Source: Gammaproteobacteria bacterium (GTDB lineage: Bacteria; Pseudomonadota; Gammaproteobacteria; JACCYU01). From it: 64,000 nt of DNA. This document shows, in pieces, positions 40,088 through 51,353 of the stretch (position 1 is its first letter; each line of letters begins with the position of its first letter). The position numbers were made by a program, and so were the translations under genes. The notes under the pieces were generated by a model, which did no database searches, was not told where the DNA came from, and saw only the letters and a list, made by a program, of their open reading frames with translations. The stretch lies in assembly GCA_050740315.1 (NCBI GenBank), contig JBOIDC010000006.1, forward strand, positions 2,596 through 66,595. Direction: 5' to 3'.

Positions 40088-42797
40088 TATTGACAGGTTC
40101 GTCAGACGCGCCCGGCGGCTCGTGCAACGGCAGGTGTATGGCGATGGTCGTGCCTTTCCCATTGCGTCCGGCCAGCGCCTCGATGCGCCCGCCGTGCGCG
40201 CCGACCATGCCGTGACAGATGGCGAGGCCGAGCCCGCTGCCGTAAGGACCCTGGTCGCTGCCGCCGCCCGTGAAGAACATATCGAAAACCTGGCGCCGCT
40301 GCGCTTCCGGGATGCCGGGCCCCTGATCGGTCATGGTGATGAGCAAACCTTCATGGTCGCGCCGGGCAGTGATGCGCACCTCGCCGCCCCTGGGCGAGAA
40401 CCGTGCGGCATTCTCGATCACGTTGACCAGCGCCTGCTCGATGAGCGCCGGGTGCGCATAGAGCAGCGGCAGATCGTCCTGGATATCGCGCACCACTTTG
40501 ACCTCGGTGAACAGCTCGCGTGTGCGCCGCAGCGCCGAGGCGACGACATCCGCCACCGCCACCCAGTCGCGTTGCAGCTTGAGTCCGCCGTGCCCGAGAC
40601 GCGTCATGTCCAGCAGATTCTCGATATATCGATTCAGGCGTTGGCCTTCGGAGAGCACGGCGTCCAGCAGTTCTCGTTTATCCTGTTCGGAGAGTTGCGC
40701 TTCAAGTTCCTTGAGACTGCTGGCCGAGCCGATCATGCTCGATAGCGGCGTGCGCAGATCGTGCGAGACTGACGACAACAGCGACGAACGCAGCCCCTCG
40801 GTCTCCTCGGCGACCCTCGCCTGTTCCAAGCTGGAAGTCAGCCGGGTTCGCGCCAGGGTAAGCACAACCTGGTTTGCCAGCGCGTCCAGCAGCAGGAGTT
40901 GCTCCGGCGGGGCGCGGTTCGGGAGCGCCGCGAGCTTGACGCCGAGCACGCCGTAGCATGTTTCATCGAGATCGAGCGGCAGGAAGCGCCAGCCGACGCT
41001 GGTCAGGGTGTCGCTCTGATAGCCGCTCACGCGCGCGTGTTTGTACGTCCAGTTCGCTGCCGCGCGTTCCTTTTCCTCCAGCGCGATGGGTTCCGGCGCC
41101 GCCGCGACGATATCCAGCCCGTTATCCGCCGGATCCATAACCAGCAGGCAAACGGGTGCGTGTTCAAAGGCCGCGATGGTCTCCACGGCCGCGCGCCGCA
41201 CCGCGTTCGGCTCCGGCGCCTCGGCGAGCTTCTTGTTGAGCGTGAGCAGCATCTGACTCTGATCGTTGGTTGCGCGCAGGGCGGTAAGCTGTGCGCGCAG
41301 GCGGGTCGCCAGATTGCCGCCGATGATCGCCATGACCAGAAAGAAGAAAACACTCAGGATCTCGCCCGTGTCATGAATGCGAAAAGTAAGCCGTGGTTCG
41401 GTGAAGAAGAAGTTATACGCAAAAAAGCTGATGCCTGCCGCCGCCAGTGCGGGCGCCAGCGAGGTGCGCGCCGCAACGATCAGCACGCCGGTCAGGAAAA
41501 CGAGGGACAGATTCGGCAGCGGTAGCGGGAGCAACTGCTCCAGCAGGATCGAGACCAGCACGCACAGCACCACCACCCACGCGGCCAGAACATAATGCCC
41601 GACCGGCGTGCGGCGCAGCGCCTCCATCCACCCCTCCCAGCGCCGCAGAAGCGCAGCCGGCTGCTCGGGTTCGGAACCGATCACCGTAATCTCAAAGTCC
41701 GTGTTGTGACGCAGCAGCTTCTGCGTCAAGGTGCGGCCGAGCACGCCCGCCAGCGGCCGCTCGCGTGTGCGGCCGATGACGATCGCCGACGCGTTCCGCT
41801 CGCGGGCGTAGCTGAGAATCTCCGCGTCGATGTAAGCGCCGCGCAGCGTTACGGTTTCGCCGCCCAAGCGTTCGGCGAGCTGGAAGGCGCGATCGAGCGT
41901 CGCCTGCGTCGCCGGATTGCGCACCCGTCCGGTGTCGACGAAGACCACTGTCCATGGCGCGCGCCGGCGCTCGGCGAGCCGCTTGCCGGCGCGCACCACT
42001 TGTTCGGAATTGCGTCTGCCGTCAATGGCGACGACGACCCGGTCGCGCGCCGGCCACGGGCCTTGTTTACCGTGGCGCTGCATGGCTTGGCGCAGGTCCG
42101 CATCGACATGCGCCGATGCGGCCGCGAACGCCATCTCGCGCAGCGCCGTGAGATTGGAAGGATTGAAATAACCCTCAAGCGCCGGACGCACTTGCTCGGG
42201 CACGTAGACCTTGCCACGCTCCAGCCGCTCGATGAGCTCGCGCGGGGTGAGATCGATCAACACGATGTCGCGCGCCTGTTCGAGCAACGAATCGGGCACG
42301 GTCTCGCGCTGTCGGACGCCGGTGATCCTGGCGACCGTGTCGTTCAGGCTCTCCACGTGCTGAACGTTGACCGTGGTCCAGACATCGATCCCCTGAGTCA
42401 GAATCTCCTGAATGTCCTGATAGCGCCTGGGGTGACGCGTGCCCGGAATATTCCGGTGCGCCAGCTCGTCGACGAGCACAATGTGCGGCTTGCGTTCGAG
42501 CACCGCATCGAGATTGAACTCTTTGAATACACGATCTCGATACGTCACCGGCAACAGGGGCACGTGTTCCAGACTTTCGCACAGCGCCTCAGTCTCACGG
42601 CGTCCATGACTTTCGATCACGCCGATGACGATGTCGTGGCCTTCCCGATGCGCTTCCAGCGCCGCGAGCAGCATGGCGTAGGTCTTGCCAACACCCGGCG
42701 CGGCGCCAAGGAAAACCTTGAGGCCGCCGCGCTGCTCGCGCGCCAAGCCCGCGAGCAGCGCGTCCGGGTCGGGGCGATTATCTTCCGGTCTTGCCAT
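40068..42797 (-). CDS. kdpD: KdpD sensor histidine kinase
   Basis: N-terminal KdpD domain with P-loop GAAPGVGKTYAML. USP domain, 4 TM segments, HisKA (SHDLRTPL) and HATPase_c. Confidence 0.85.
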   Translation of the reverse strand: MARPEDNRPDPDALLAGLAREQRGGLKVFLGAAPGVGKTYAMLLAALEAHREGHDIVIGVIESHGRRETEALCESLEHVPLLPVTYRDRVFKEFNLDAVLERKPHIVLVDELAHRNIPGTRHPRRYQDIQEILTQGIDVWTTVNVQHVESLNDTVARITGVRQRETVPDSLLEQARDIVLIDLTPRELIERLERGKVYVPEQVRPALEGYFNPSNLTALREMAFAAASAHVDADLRQAMQRHGKQGPWPARDRVVVAIDGRRNSEQVVRAGKRLAERRRAPWTVVFVDTGRVRNPATQATLDRAFQLAERLGGETVTLRGAYIDAEILSYARERNASAIVIGRTRERPLAGVLGRTLTQKLLRHNTDFEITVIGSEPEQPAALLRRWEGWMEALRRTPVGHYVLAAWVVVLCVLVSILLEQLLPLPLPNLSLVFLTGVLIVAARTSLAPALAAAGISFFAYNFFFTEPRLTFRIHDTGEILSVFFFLVMAIIGGNLATRLRAQLTALRATNDQSQMLLTLNKKLAEAPEPNAVRRAAVETIAAFEHAPVCLLVMDPADNGLDIVAAAPEPIALEEKERAAANWTYKHARVSGYQSDTLTSVGWRFLPLDLDETCYGVLGVKLAALPNRAPPEQLLLLDALANQVVLTLARTRLTSSLEQARVAEETEGLRSSLLSSVSHDLRTPLSSMIGSASSLKELEAQLSEQDKRELLDAVLSEGQRLNRYIENLLDMTRLGHGGLKLQRDWVAVADVVASALRRTRELFTEVKVVRDIQDDLPLLYAHPALIEQALVNVIENAARFSPRGGEVRITARRDHEGLLITMTDQGPGIPEAQRRQVFDMFFTGGGSDQGPYGSGLGLAICHGMVGAHGGRIEALAGRNGKGTTIAIHLPLHEPPGASDEPVNNGRGNP

Positions 42798-43552
42798 CGC
42801 TCATAACAGTCTCAATCAGTCATCTACTCATCGCCTTTTTCTTGTTGGCCAAACGCGCGGTCTTGCGACTGTTCCTCACCGAACTTCTGCTGAAATTCGC
42901 CCCGCGCAGAACCGCGGCGGCGACTCTACGACTCGTGGCGCGCGGCCTCGTCCGGATCGAGGGCGGATGACACGGTATGGTCGTCAGGTTGAATTTCGTT
43001 ATGAGTGAGGTCCGCTCGTATGAATCGGGATCGACGCAGACGTGAATGGAACTGTCTTCTACCTCAGCAGGTATCAGCGAACCTTCCGTCAGTTTGAATT
43101 TTTTTATCATGTCCGGCCTCGGAGAAGTTGTACTTGATGATAATGGCACGTTTGGGCGCAGTCATAGCTCGATACGGCAGCTTATGACGCAGGCGCGTAA
43201 AAACGCTACTGCGAATTGAATGTAATCGCGTAAAAGTTTCGTAAAAGGCCGCGTGGCGGCCAAGGTTTAAGGAGACCACGCGGCTACTGGGCAAGGAGGG
43301 TTGGAGTTCTGATTGAGAGAAATGCGAGCCTGGCCCCTTGTGCCCTGCTCGTGACCCTGTGAGTGCCCAGCCACAAGACTGGTAACCGGCCGTCCAGCGT
43401 GACGGGAGCATGTGGGCTTTGTACGCCGGGCCGCGCCAGCCCGCAAACTACAATTCTCGTATTGACGTATCAGCTCTGTGCGCGTTCGAGCTTCCCCCGC
43501 GAGACCCTGCCATGTATGATTGTCCGTAAATCAGACAATCAGGCAAAGCATC

Positions 43553-43852
43553 ATGGAAACCAGCAAGGTCGGTAAGCGCGGAACGGTAGTGGTGCCCGCC
43601 CGTCTGCGTCGTAAGTTCGGTATCGAAGAAGGTTCTTTGGTGATCGCCGAAGAACGTCAGGACGGCATCTTGATTCGTCCCGCCATGGCGCTCCCGATCG
43701 AAATGTATAGCGCGAGACGCAAGGCGGAGTTCCTGCTTTCGAATGCGGTCGATGCCGAAGACTATAAAGCCGCCGTGGACGAAATCAAGAAAATGGGGTT
43801 GCGTGTATCGGATATTCCACACCACAAGCCGACGCGCGGCAAGCGTTCTTAG
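43553..43852 (+). CDS. vapB: AbrB/MazE/SpoVT-family antitoxin (VapB-like)
   Basis: METSKVGKRGTVVVPARLRRKFGIEEGSLVI is the swapped-hairpin beta-barrel motif. Directly precedes the PIN gene. Confidence 0.7.
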   Translation: METSKVGKRGTVVVPARLRRKFGIEEGSLVIAEERQDGILIRPAMALPIEMYSARRKAEFLLSNAVDAEDYKAAVDEIKKMGLRVSDIPHHKPTRGKRS

Positions 43853-44260
43853 ATGGATCGGATCTTCCTGGACGCCAATGTTCTCTTTTCCGCGGCGTAT
43901 CGAGCCAATGCCGGGCTGACTCGATTATGGACGGCCGATGTGGAGTTGCTGACTTCTCGTTACGCGATTGAAGAGGCAAGGCTTAATCTTGCAGAAGAGA
44001 TCCAACGAGATCGCCTGGAAAAACTCCTGCGCAATGTGCGCGTGGTAGCGGAGCTTACGTCGGCGCCGCTGCCCCAAGATATCGATCTGCCGGAGAAGGA
44101 TCGTCCCATTTTACTCGCGGCGATGGCCGCTAAAGCAAGCCATTTGGTGACCGGTGACAAACAGGATTTCGGGCGCCATTTTGGCAAGAGATTGGGTGGC
44201 GTCCTTGTCTTGCCGCCTAGTGAATACCTCAACCGCGCGGCCGGCCGGAACAAATCTTGA
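43853..44260 (+). CDS. vapC: PIN-domain toxin (VapC)
   Basis: IFLDANVLF...TGD acidic PIN residues. 135 aa. Confidence 0.7.
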   Translation: MDRIFLDANVLFSAAYRANAGLTRLWTADVELLTSRYAIEEARLNLAEEIQRDRLEKLLRNVRVVAELTSAPLPQDIDLPEKDRPILLAAMAAKASHLVTGDKQDFGRHFGKRLGGVLVLPPSEYLNRAAGRNKS

Positions 44261-44405
44261 GCGCGCGACGCCTCGGCTCCCGGCAACGTCGCCTGACCTG
44301 TTGCGAGCACGCGCGGCATGCGTGACAATCTCGCGCGGATTACATCCAGTCGCACGCAATGACAAAAAGCTCACCGTGCACTGTGTTTCATCCCGGCTAC
44401 CGGCT

Positions 44406-44978
44406 CTATTGACGCCTTATCGCGTCCAAAGCGAGATTGAGCTTAAGCACGTTGACCCGCGGTTCGCCGAGTAGCCCCAAGGTACGGCCCTCGGTGAATT
44501 CGGCAACGATCTCGCGCACCCGCTTCTGCGGCAGACCGCGAGCGCGCGCGACGCGCTGCACCTGAAACTCGGCCGCCTCGGGCGAGATGTGCGGGTCGAG
44601 GCCGCTGCCGGATGCGGTAACCAGATCCACCGGCACCGAGCCCGCCTGTGGGTTCTCGGCGCGCAGCCGCTTGGCCTCGGCGCGAATTCTTTTGATCACA
44701 CCCTTGCTGGTCGGGCCGAGATTCGAACCGCTGGATGCCGCGGCGTCGTAGCCGTCGCCGGCGGCCGATGGGCGCGGGTGGAAATACTGATCGCCCGTGA
44801 AGGCTTGCCCAGTCAGTCCCGAGCCGATGATCTTGCCATCGCGCTCGATCAGGCTGCCGTTCGCCTGATCAGGGAAAATGAGTTGCGCGACGCCGGTCAC
44901 GGCAAAGGGATAGATGAGGCCGGTGATGACGGTCAGACCTAAGATCATCACGAGGGCGGGACGGATATGGTTTGACAT
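44406..44978 (-). CDS. kdpC: K+-transporting ATPase subunit C
   Basis: Single N-terminal TM segment plus KdpC periplasmic domain (…[26 protein letters not shown]…). Confidence 0.85.
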   Translation of the reverse strand: MSNHIRPALVMILGLTVITGLIYPFAVTGVAQLIFPDQANGSLIERDGKIIGSGLTGQAFTGDQYFHPRPSAAGDGYDAAASSGSNLGPTSKGVIKRIRAEAKRLRAENPQAGSVPVDLVTASGSGLDPHISPEAAEFQVQRVARARGLPQKRVREIVAEFTEGRTLGLLGEPRVNVLKLNLALDAIRRQ

Positions 44979-45130
44979 AGCTCAAATCTCCGAAAGCTCT
45001 GGTCAATTCAGAAGCTTGTCATGCCGGTGTAAACCGGCATCCAGTAAAACCAATGTTTCAACTGGATTCCGGCGTGCGCCGGAATGACGAGGAATGCCAG
45101 GATTTATTGCTCGGGCCCTCATGACACGTA

Positions 45131-46960
45131 TCACGCAAGGCCGATGGCATTGACGAGCAGGTCGATGACCTTGATGCCCGCGAAGGGCACGGCCAGACCG
45201 CCCAGGCCGTAGATCAGCACGTTACGCCGCAGCAGACCGGCAGCACCAGTGGCTTTGTATCCCACACCGCGCAAGGCAAGCGGAATCAGCACGATAATGA
45301 TCAGCGCATTGAACATCACCGCCGACAGAATTGCGCTTTCGGGAGTGGCCAGCCCCATGACGTTCAGCGCCGCCAGCTGCGGATAGAAACCTAGAAACAT
45401 TGCCGGATGATGGCGAAGTACTTCGCCACGTCGTTGGCGATCGAGAACGTGGTAAGCGCGCCGCGGGTCATCAGGAGCTGCTTGCCGATGGCCACGACCT
45501 CGATGAGTTTGGTGGGATCGCTGTCGAGATCGACCATGTTGCCGGCCTCGCGCGCGGCCTGCGTGCCCGTCTGCATGGCGACACCCACATCGGCCTGCGC
45601 GAGGGCCGGCGCGTCGTTGGTGCCGTCGCCGCACATCGCCACCAACCGGCCCTCGGCCTGCTCCTCGCGCAGCAGCTTGAGCTTTGCCTCCGGCGTGGCT
45701 CCTGCCAGATAGTCGTCCACCCCCGCTTCGGCGGCGATGGCGGCTGCGGTCGTCGCATTGTCGCCGGTGATCATGACCGTGCGGATGCCCATGCGGCGCA
45801 GCTCGGCGAAGCGTTCCTTGATGCCGCCTTTCACAACGTCCTTCAGGTGCACCACGCCCAGCAATCGCCCTCCCCTGGCCACGGCCAGCGGCGTGCCGCC
45901 CGACCTAGCGATGCGTTCGGCGGTTTGCTGGATGTGGCGGGACTCCGCCGTTTCGGCTCGGGGATTGGTTCGCTGGCCCACGTGAGCCAGTACGGCGTCG
46001 ACCGCGCCCTTGCGGATCTCCTCGCCCGCGAGGTCAACGCCGCTCATTCGCGTCTGCGCGGTAAAGGGCACGAAGCGCGCCTTCAGGGATTTCATGTCGC
46101 GGCCCCGGATGCCGTATTTATCCTTGGCGAGCACGACGATGGATCGACCTTCCGGCGTCTCGTCGCTCAAGGACGAGAGCTGGGCCGCGTCGGCCAGTTC
46201 GCGCTCCTCCACACCTGGCAGCGGTATAAACTCGGTCGCCTGGCGGTCGCCCAGGGTCACGGTGCCGGTCTTGTCGAGCAGCAGGGTGTCGATGTCGCCC
46301 GCGGCCTCCACCGCGCGTCCGGAGCTGGCCAGCACGTTGAACCGCACCAGCCGGTCCATGCCGGCGATGCCGATCGCCGACAGCAGCGCGCCGATCGTGG
46401 TCGGGATCAGGCACACGAACAGGGCGATCAGCACCACCGCCGGCACCACGCCGCCGGCATAACTCGCAAGGCTCGGGATGGTGACGACCGCCAGCAGGAA
46501 GACGATGGTGAGCCCCGCCAGCAGGATATCCAGCGCGATCTCGTTCGGCGTCTTTTGCCGCTGCGCGCCTTCGACCAGGGCGATCATGCGGTCCATGAAG
46601 GTCGAACCGGCGCCCGAGGTGATGCGCACCTTGATCCAGTCAGAGATCACCAGGGTGCCACCCGTCACGGCCGAACGATCGCCGCCACACTCACGGATCA
46701 CGGGCGCCGATTCGCCGGTGATCGCCGCCTCGTTGACCGACGCGACACCGTCGATCACCTCGCCGTCTCCCGGGATCAGGTCGTTGGTCTCGACCAGCAC
46801 CACGTCGCCGACCTTCAGCTCGGGCGCGGGGACTTGATCGAAGCGGTCCGAATCGCTGGCTGCGAGGCGCTTGGCCATGGTCTCGCGGCGCATACGGCGC
46901 AAACTCGCGGCCTGCGCCTTGCCCCGCCCTTCGGCGACGGCCTCCGCGAAGTTCGCAAAC
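45131..46960 (-). pseudogene. kdpB: K+-transporting ATPase subunit B, disrupted (5' deletion plus 1-bp frameshift)
   Basis: P-type ATPase motifs ([19 protein letters not shown]). Frame breaks at about 45415, where atcatccggcaatg reads in place of the expected ...atcatcccggcaatg... (FAIIPAMF). The first roughly 65 residues are absent. Confidence 0.7.
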
Positions 46961-46974
46961 ACATCTCGCTCAAG

Positions 46975-48344
46975 CCGTGCGGGCCGGCATTCAGCGGACT
47001 CGCCAGGGCGACCGGCGTGATGCTGGAGATGGCGAGGAAGCCCAATAGCGACAGCGGCAGGATCAGCACGGCGAGCATGGTCATCTTGACCTCTCTGGCC
47101 TCGATCTTCTTGCCGACATACTCGGGCGTGCGCCCGACCATGAGGCCCGCGATGAACACCGCCAGCACGACGAACAGCAGCATGCCGTAGAGGCCGGCGC
47201 CGACCCCGCCGATGATGATCTCGCCCAAGAGCATGTTGACGAGCGGCACGAGCCCACCCAGCGGCATGAAGCTGTCGTGCATGGCATTGACCGCGCCGCA
47301 CGACGCCGCCGTGGTAACGGTGGCGAAGAGCGCCGACAGCGCGGGCCCGAAGCGGACTTCCTTGCCCTCCATGTTGCCGGCGGCGATGTCCACGCCCAAC
47401 GGCGCCATCAGCGGATTGCCGGCGGCTTCGGCCCAATACGCGATGGCCACCCCGGCGACGAAAATAATGCCCATCGCGGCGAAGATCGCCCAGCCCTGGC
47501 GTTCATCTTTGACCATGCGGCCGAAGGTGTTGGTCAGTCCCGCGCCGATCGCAAAGATCAGCACCATCTGCACGAGGTTCGTCAGCGGCGTCGGATTCGT
47601 GTACGGATGCGCCGAGTTGGCATTGAAAAATCCCCCACCGTTGGTGCCCAGCATCTTGATCGCTTCCTGCGAGGCGTTGGGTCCCTGGGCGATGACCTGC
47701 GTGGCGCCCTCGACCGTGGTGGCCGTGACGTAGTCGCTCAGATTCTGCGGCACACCTTGCCAAACCATGAACAAGGCAACAACAAACGAGATCGGCAGCA
47801 GCAGGTATAAGGTGCCACGCACGAGATCGGCCCAGAAGTTGCCGATGCCCTGGACCGAGCGGCGCGCGAAGCCGCGGATGAGCGCCACCGCGAGCGCGAT
47901 GCCGGTCGCCGCGGAGACAAAATTCTGCACCGTCAGCCCCATCATCTGCGTCAGGTAGCTCATGGTGCTCTCGCCCGCATAGGCCTGCCAGTTGGTGTTG
48001 GTGGTGAAGCTCACGGCGGTGTTGAAGGCGAGATCCGGGTCCACCGCCGCGAAGTCCTGGGGATTCAGCGGAAGCACGCCTTGCAGCCGTTGCAGCGCAT
48101 AGAGCAGCAGGAAGCCCGCGAGATTGAACAGCAGCATGGCCATCGCGTAGCGCGTCCAGTGCTGCTCTTCGTTCGGATCGATACCGGCCAAACGGTAAAG
48201 GCCGCGCTCGATCGGCGCGAGCACCGGCCATAAAAACGTCCGCTCGCCCGCGAACAGGCGCGTCATGTAGCCGCCCATCGGTTTCACCAGGGCGACGATG
48301 ATCGCGCAGAAAAGCGCAATCTGGAGCCATCCGTTGAAGGTCAT
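46975..48344 (-). pseudogene. kdpA: K+-transporting ATPase subunit A, 3'-truncated by an internal deletion that fuses it out of frame to kdpB
   Basis: KdpA sequence in frame to ...[10 protein letters not shown] (about residue 457 of an expected 560) directly abuts the kdpB codons for ...VFANFAEAV (about residue 66) in another frame. Confidence 0.65.
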
Positions 48345-48353
48345 CGCAACGCC

Positions 48354-48446
48354 TCAAAGCTGTTCTGGTCGCAACAGCGCGTAGATGAGATAGACGAGCA
48401 GCACGACCGCTACCAGCCCGCCCAAGACGTAGTCGAAGATCAGCAT
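48354..48446 (-). CDS. kdpF: KdpF small hydrophobic subunit
   Basis: MLIFDYVLGGLVAVVLLVYLIYALLRPEQL, 30 aa, immediately upstream of kdpA. Confidence 0.6.
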   Translation of the reverse strand: MLIFDYVLGGLVAVVLLVYLIYALLRPEQL

Positions 48447-48989
48447 GTCAACCTCACAGTCGGTCGCAGGCCGCGACGTAGGCCATGAAGGCCGCGAAAA
48501 AGGCGAGCCCAAGTGCCAGCACGATCAGATCAAACATTGAAATCTCCTTCTCAACACGGCGAATACAAGGCCAGAAAGATCGCGATGCCGACGAGCGCCA
48601 TCACCAACTTCGCCGGGCGCGGCAGATGATCGGACAGGCCATCACTGGGGAGGGATAGAAACAGGGACACGGCACTCCTTGATCAGCCAGCGTGCGCATT
48701 GGCGCATGTGGCCGTCGGATTAGAGTCACGCCGCGTAAAAGCGCTATATCAAAACGGGCTGAGGCGCATAAAAATTGCGTAAAGAAGTGGCGGGCAGAGC
48801 GACGAAACGGGGCGCGATTACGGTTGATGACGTCACCGCGGCGGTGACAAATGCCGTGCCGCTACGCGCTCACCCCCATCCCACCTTCCCCCTCAAAGGG
48901 GGAAGGAGGCTCATGGTCGTTGGGAGCACATTATGCAGCAACGAACTTTGCCTTGAGGCGAGGGATTTCTTCCATCCCCGATGAGGACA

Positions 48990-51131
48990 CTACTCCGCCC
49001 GCGTCACTTCCACGAGATTATCGTTGTAAGTCGGCGCGTGGCCCATGTTGACGAACGCGTTGGAGCTCACGCAATTCACCGAGCCGTCGCCGCGGTTCCG
49101 GCTGCGCCAGTAGCCTAACGTCGCGACCACCACACCCGCGTTCACGTCGTCGGTGATCCGCGCCTGCGCCTGAAAGCCGCCGCGGTCGTTGAAGACCTTC
49201 ACCCACTCCCCTTCCTCGATGCCGCGCGCGGCCGCGTCGGCCGCGTTGATCAGCACGAACTGCGCCCCCTGACCGTTGACCTTCTTCGCCTCGTTGGCGT
49301 AGCAGGAATTCAGAAAGCCGTGACTCTTGGGCGAGACGATGTTGAGCGGGAATCTCTGCGCAAGCGCCGGGTCGTTGTGCGCGTTCTCTCTTGGCGGCAC
49401 GTAGCCGGGCACCGGATCGATGGGCTCGCCGCCCTGCTCTGCTTCGTACATCTGCCGGAACGTCGGCGCCACGAAGTTGCCGTTCGCCGCCAGACTGGAT
49501 ACCAATTCGCACTTGCCGGACGGCGTCGGAAAATTACCTTTCTGGTGCGGCGTACGATTGTCGGGCGCGCCGTTGTTCAGATGCGCGTAGCCGCGGCTCA
49601 GGAAAGTCTCCATGGTGATGCCCTGCATCTGCGGCGCGCTCCAGTCCACGTAATGTTCGATCATTTCCTTATCCGAGCGCTTGAACTGCGCATCGTCGAA
49701 GCCGAACATGGCGGCCAGCCGCCGGAAGATCTCGGTGTTCGACGCGCACTCGCCCTGCGGTTCGATGGCTTTCTGGTTCAAAGTCCAGTAAAAATGCCCC
49801 CAGGAGAACATCATGTCGTCGTGCTCGCCGGCCATGGTCGCGGGCAGGATGACATCGGCATACGACGCGGTGTCGGTGATGAAGTGCTCGGCGGCGACGG
49901 TGAACAAATCCTGGCGCGCGAGGCCTTGCGCGATCTTGTCGGTCTCCGGCGCCTGCGACATCGGGTTCGCGTTATAGACCATCAGCGACTTGATCGGCGG
50001 ATCGAGCTTCAATTCGCCGGTGAGCGCGGCGCCGAGCTGCAAGGTATTGACCACCCGCGTGCCGGGCTTGATCCACTCGGGACGGCACACGCGATCCCAA
50101 TGCGCGGGAAATTCCCAGATCGGCATCTGCAACAGCCCGCCGCCCACGTGCCGCCACGCGCCCGTCAGCGCCGGAATGCAGCACACGGCGCGGATGGTCT
50201 GGCCCCCGCCGGCGGAACGCTCCAGCGCCACGCCCAGGCGAATCACCGAAGCCCCGGCGCGATGGAACTCGCGCGCTAACGCGCGGATGTCGTCCGCGGC
50301 CACGCCCGTAATCTTCTCGGCGTTCTCCGGCGTGAACTCGCGCGCGCGTTCTTTCAATTGATCGAAACCGACCGTGTATTTCTCGATGTAATCGTGATCC
50401 AGCAGGTCTTCGTTGATCAGCACGTTGATGAACGCCATGGCGAGCGCGCCGTCGGTGCCGGGCCTGGGCGCGATGTGCCAGTCGGCCTCTTTGGCCGTAC
50501 GCGAACGGAAGGCATCGATCACGACCACCTTGGCGCCGCGCTTGTGGGCTTCGCGGATGATGCGCCAGTGATGAATGTTGGTGCTGACGCTGTTGCAGGC
50601 CCACAGCACGATGTATTTCGAATGAACGAAACTCTCCGGATCGACGCCGCCGGTCGGGCCCACGGTGAGCAGCCACGCGGTGGATGAGCCGGACGCGCAG
50701 AACGTTTTCTCGCACACCGTCGCGCCCAGCCTGTTGAAGAACGCGTCACCCACGGTCAGGCCCTGCAACAAGCCTTCGTTGCCGAGATAGTTGTAAGGCA
50801 GGATGGCCTGCGCGCCGTGCTGGTCAATGATCTCCGTCCAGCGCCGCTTGATCGTGGTCAGCGCCTCGTCCCAGGTGATGCGCAGGTACTGACGGCTGCC
50901 CTTGGGCCCGTTGCGCTTGAGCGGATACAGCACGCGCTCGGCGTTGTAATGATGATCGTGATAATCCTTGAGCTTCACGCACAGGCTCCCATGCGTGAAC
51001 GGATGATCGGGATTGCCGCGCACCTCCACCAGCCGCCCGTCTCTTACCTTGTAAAGCATCGAGCAGGTGTCCGGGCAGTCGTGCGGACAACCGCCAAAGA
51101 AGGTTTGTTCCAGAGGTGTCGCGGTCGCCAT
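48990..51131 (-). CDS. molybdopterin-dependent oxidoreductase (MopB superfamily, single subunit)
   Basis: N-terminal 4Fe-4S CPHDCPDTC...C. MopB domains. 713 aa. Confidence 0.75.
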   Translation of the reverse strand: MATATPLEQTFFGGCPHDCPDTCSMLYKVRDGRLVEVRGNPDHPFTHGSLCVKLKDYHDHHYNAERVLYPLKRNGPKGSRQYLRITWDEALTTIKRRWTEIIDQHGAQAILPYNYLGNEGLLQGLTVGDAFFNRLGATVCEKTFCASGSSTAWLLTVGPTGGVDPESFVHSKYIVLWACNSVSTNIHHWRIIREAHKRGAKVVVIDAFRSRTAKEADWHIAPRPGTDGALAMAFINVLINEDLLDHDYIEKYTVGFDQLKERAREFTPENAEKITGVAADDIRALAREFHRAGASVIRLGVALERSAGGGQTIRAVCCIPALTGAWRHVGGGLLQMPIWEFPAHWDRVCRPEWIKPGTRVVNTLQLGAALTGELKLDPPIKSLMVYNANPMSQAPETDKIAQGLARQDLFTVAAEHFITDTASYADVILPATMAGEHDDMMFSWGHFYWTLNQKAIEPQGECASNTEIFRRLAAMFGFDDAQFKRSDKEMIEHYVDWSAPQMQGITMETFLSRGYAHLNNGAPDNRTPHQKGNFPTPSGKCELVSSLAANGNFVAPTFRQMYEAEQGGEPIDPVPGYVPPRENAHNDPALAQRFPLNIVSPKSHGFLNSCYANEAKKVNGQGAQFVLINAADAAARGIEEGEWVKVFNDRGGFQAQARITDDVNAGVVVATLGYWRSRNRGDGSVNCVSSNAFVNMGHAPTYNDNLVEVTRAE

Positions 51132-51353
51132 GCTGCCTCCTGATTATTGTATAGGGCCTTGAACGGATCAGTGGTTCTTACGCCCACGCCTCGCCGGTGT
51201 CAACAGGATTGGCTAGCGGCGGGAGCTAATCCGCCAGGACAGGGACCCCTCTTAATAGCGACTATGCGCAATCCGAAAGACTAGTCTCTATTTTTTAGCG
51301 CGAAGAGGCTCAGAACGTTGCGGTTTTTCCGTTACCCTCCCCGGTATCACAAT

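Noticed and set aside
45400-47190. 596-aa plus-strand ORF
   Set aside because: Antisense to kdpB; no recognizable domains.
51132-51353. Possible Moco riboswitch upstream of the molybdopterin oxidoreductase
   Set aside because: I could not recognize the conserved Moco-RNA core by eye; it needs a covariance-model search (Rfam RF01055) to decide.
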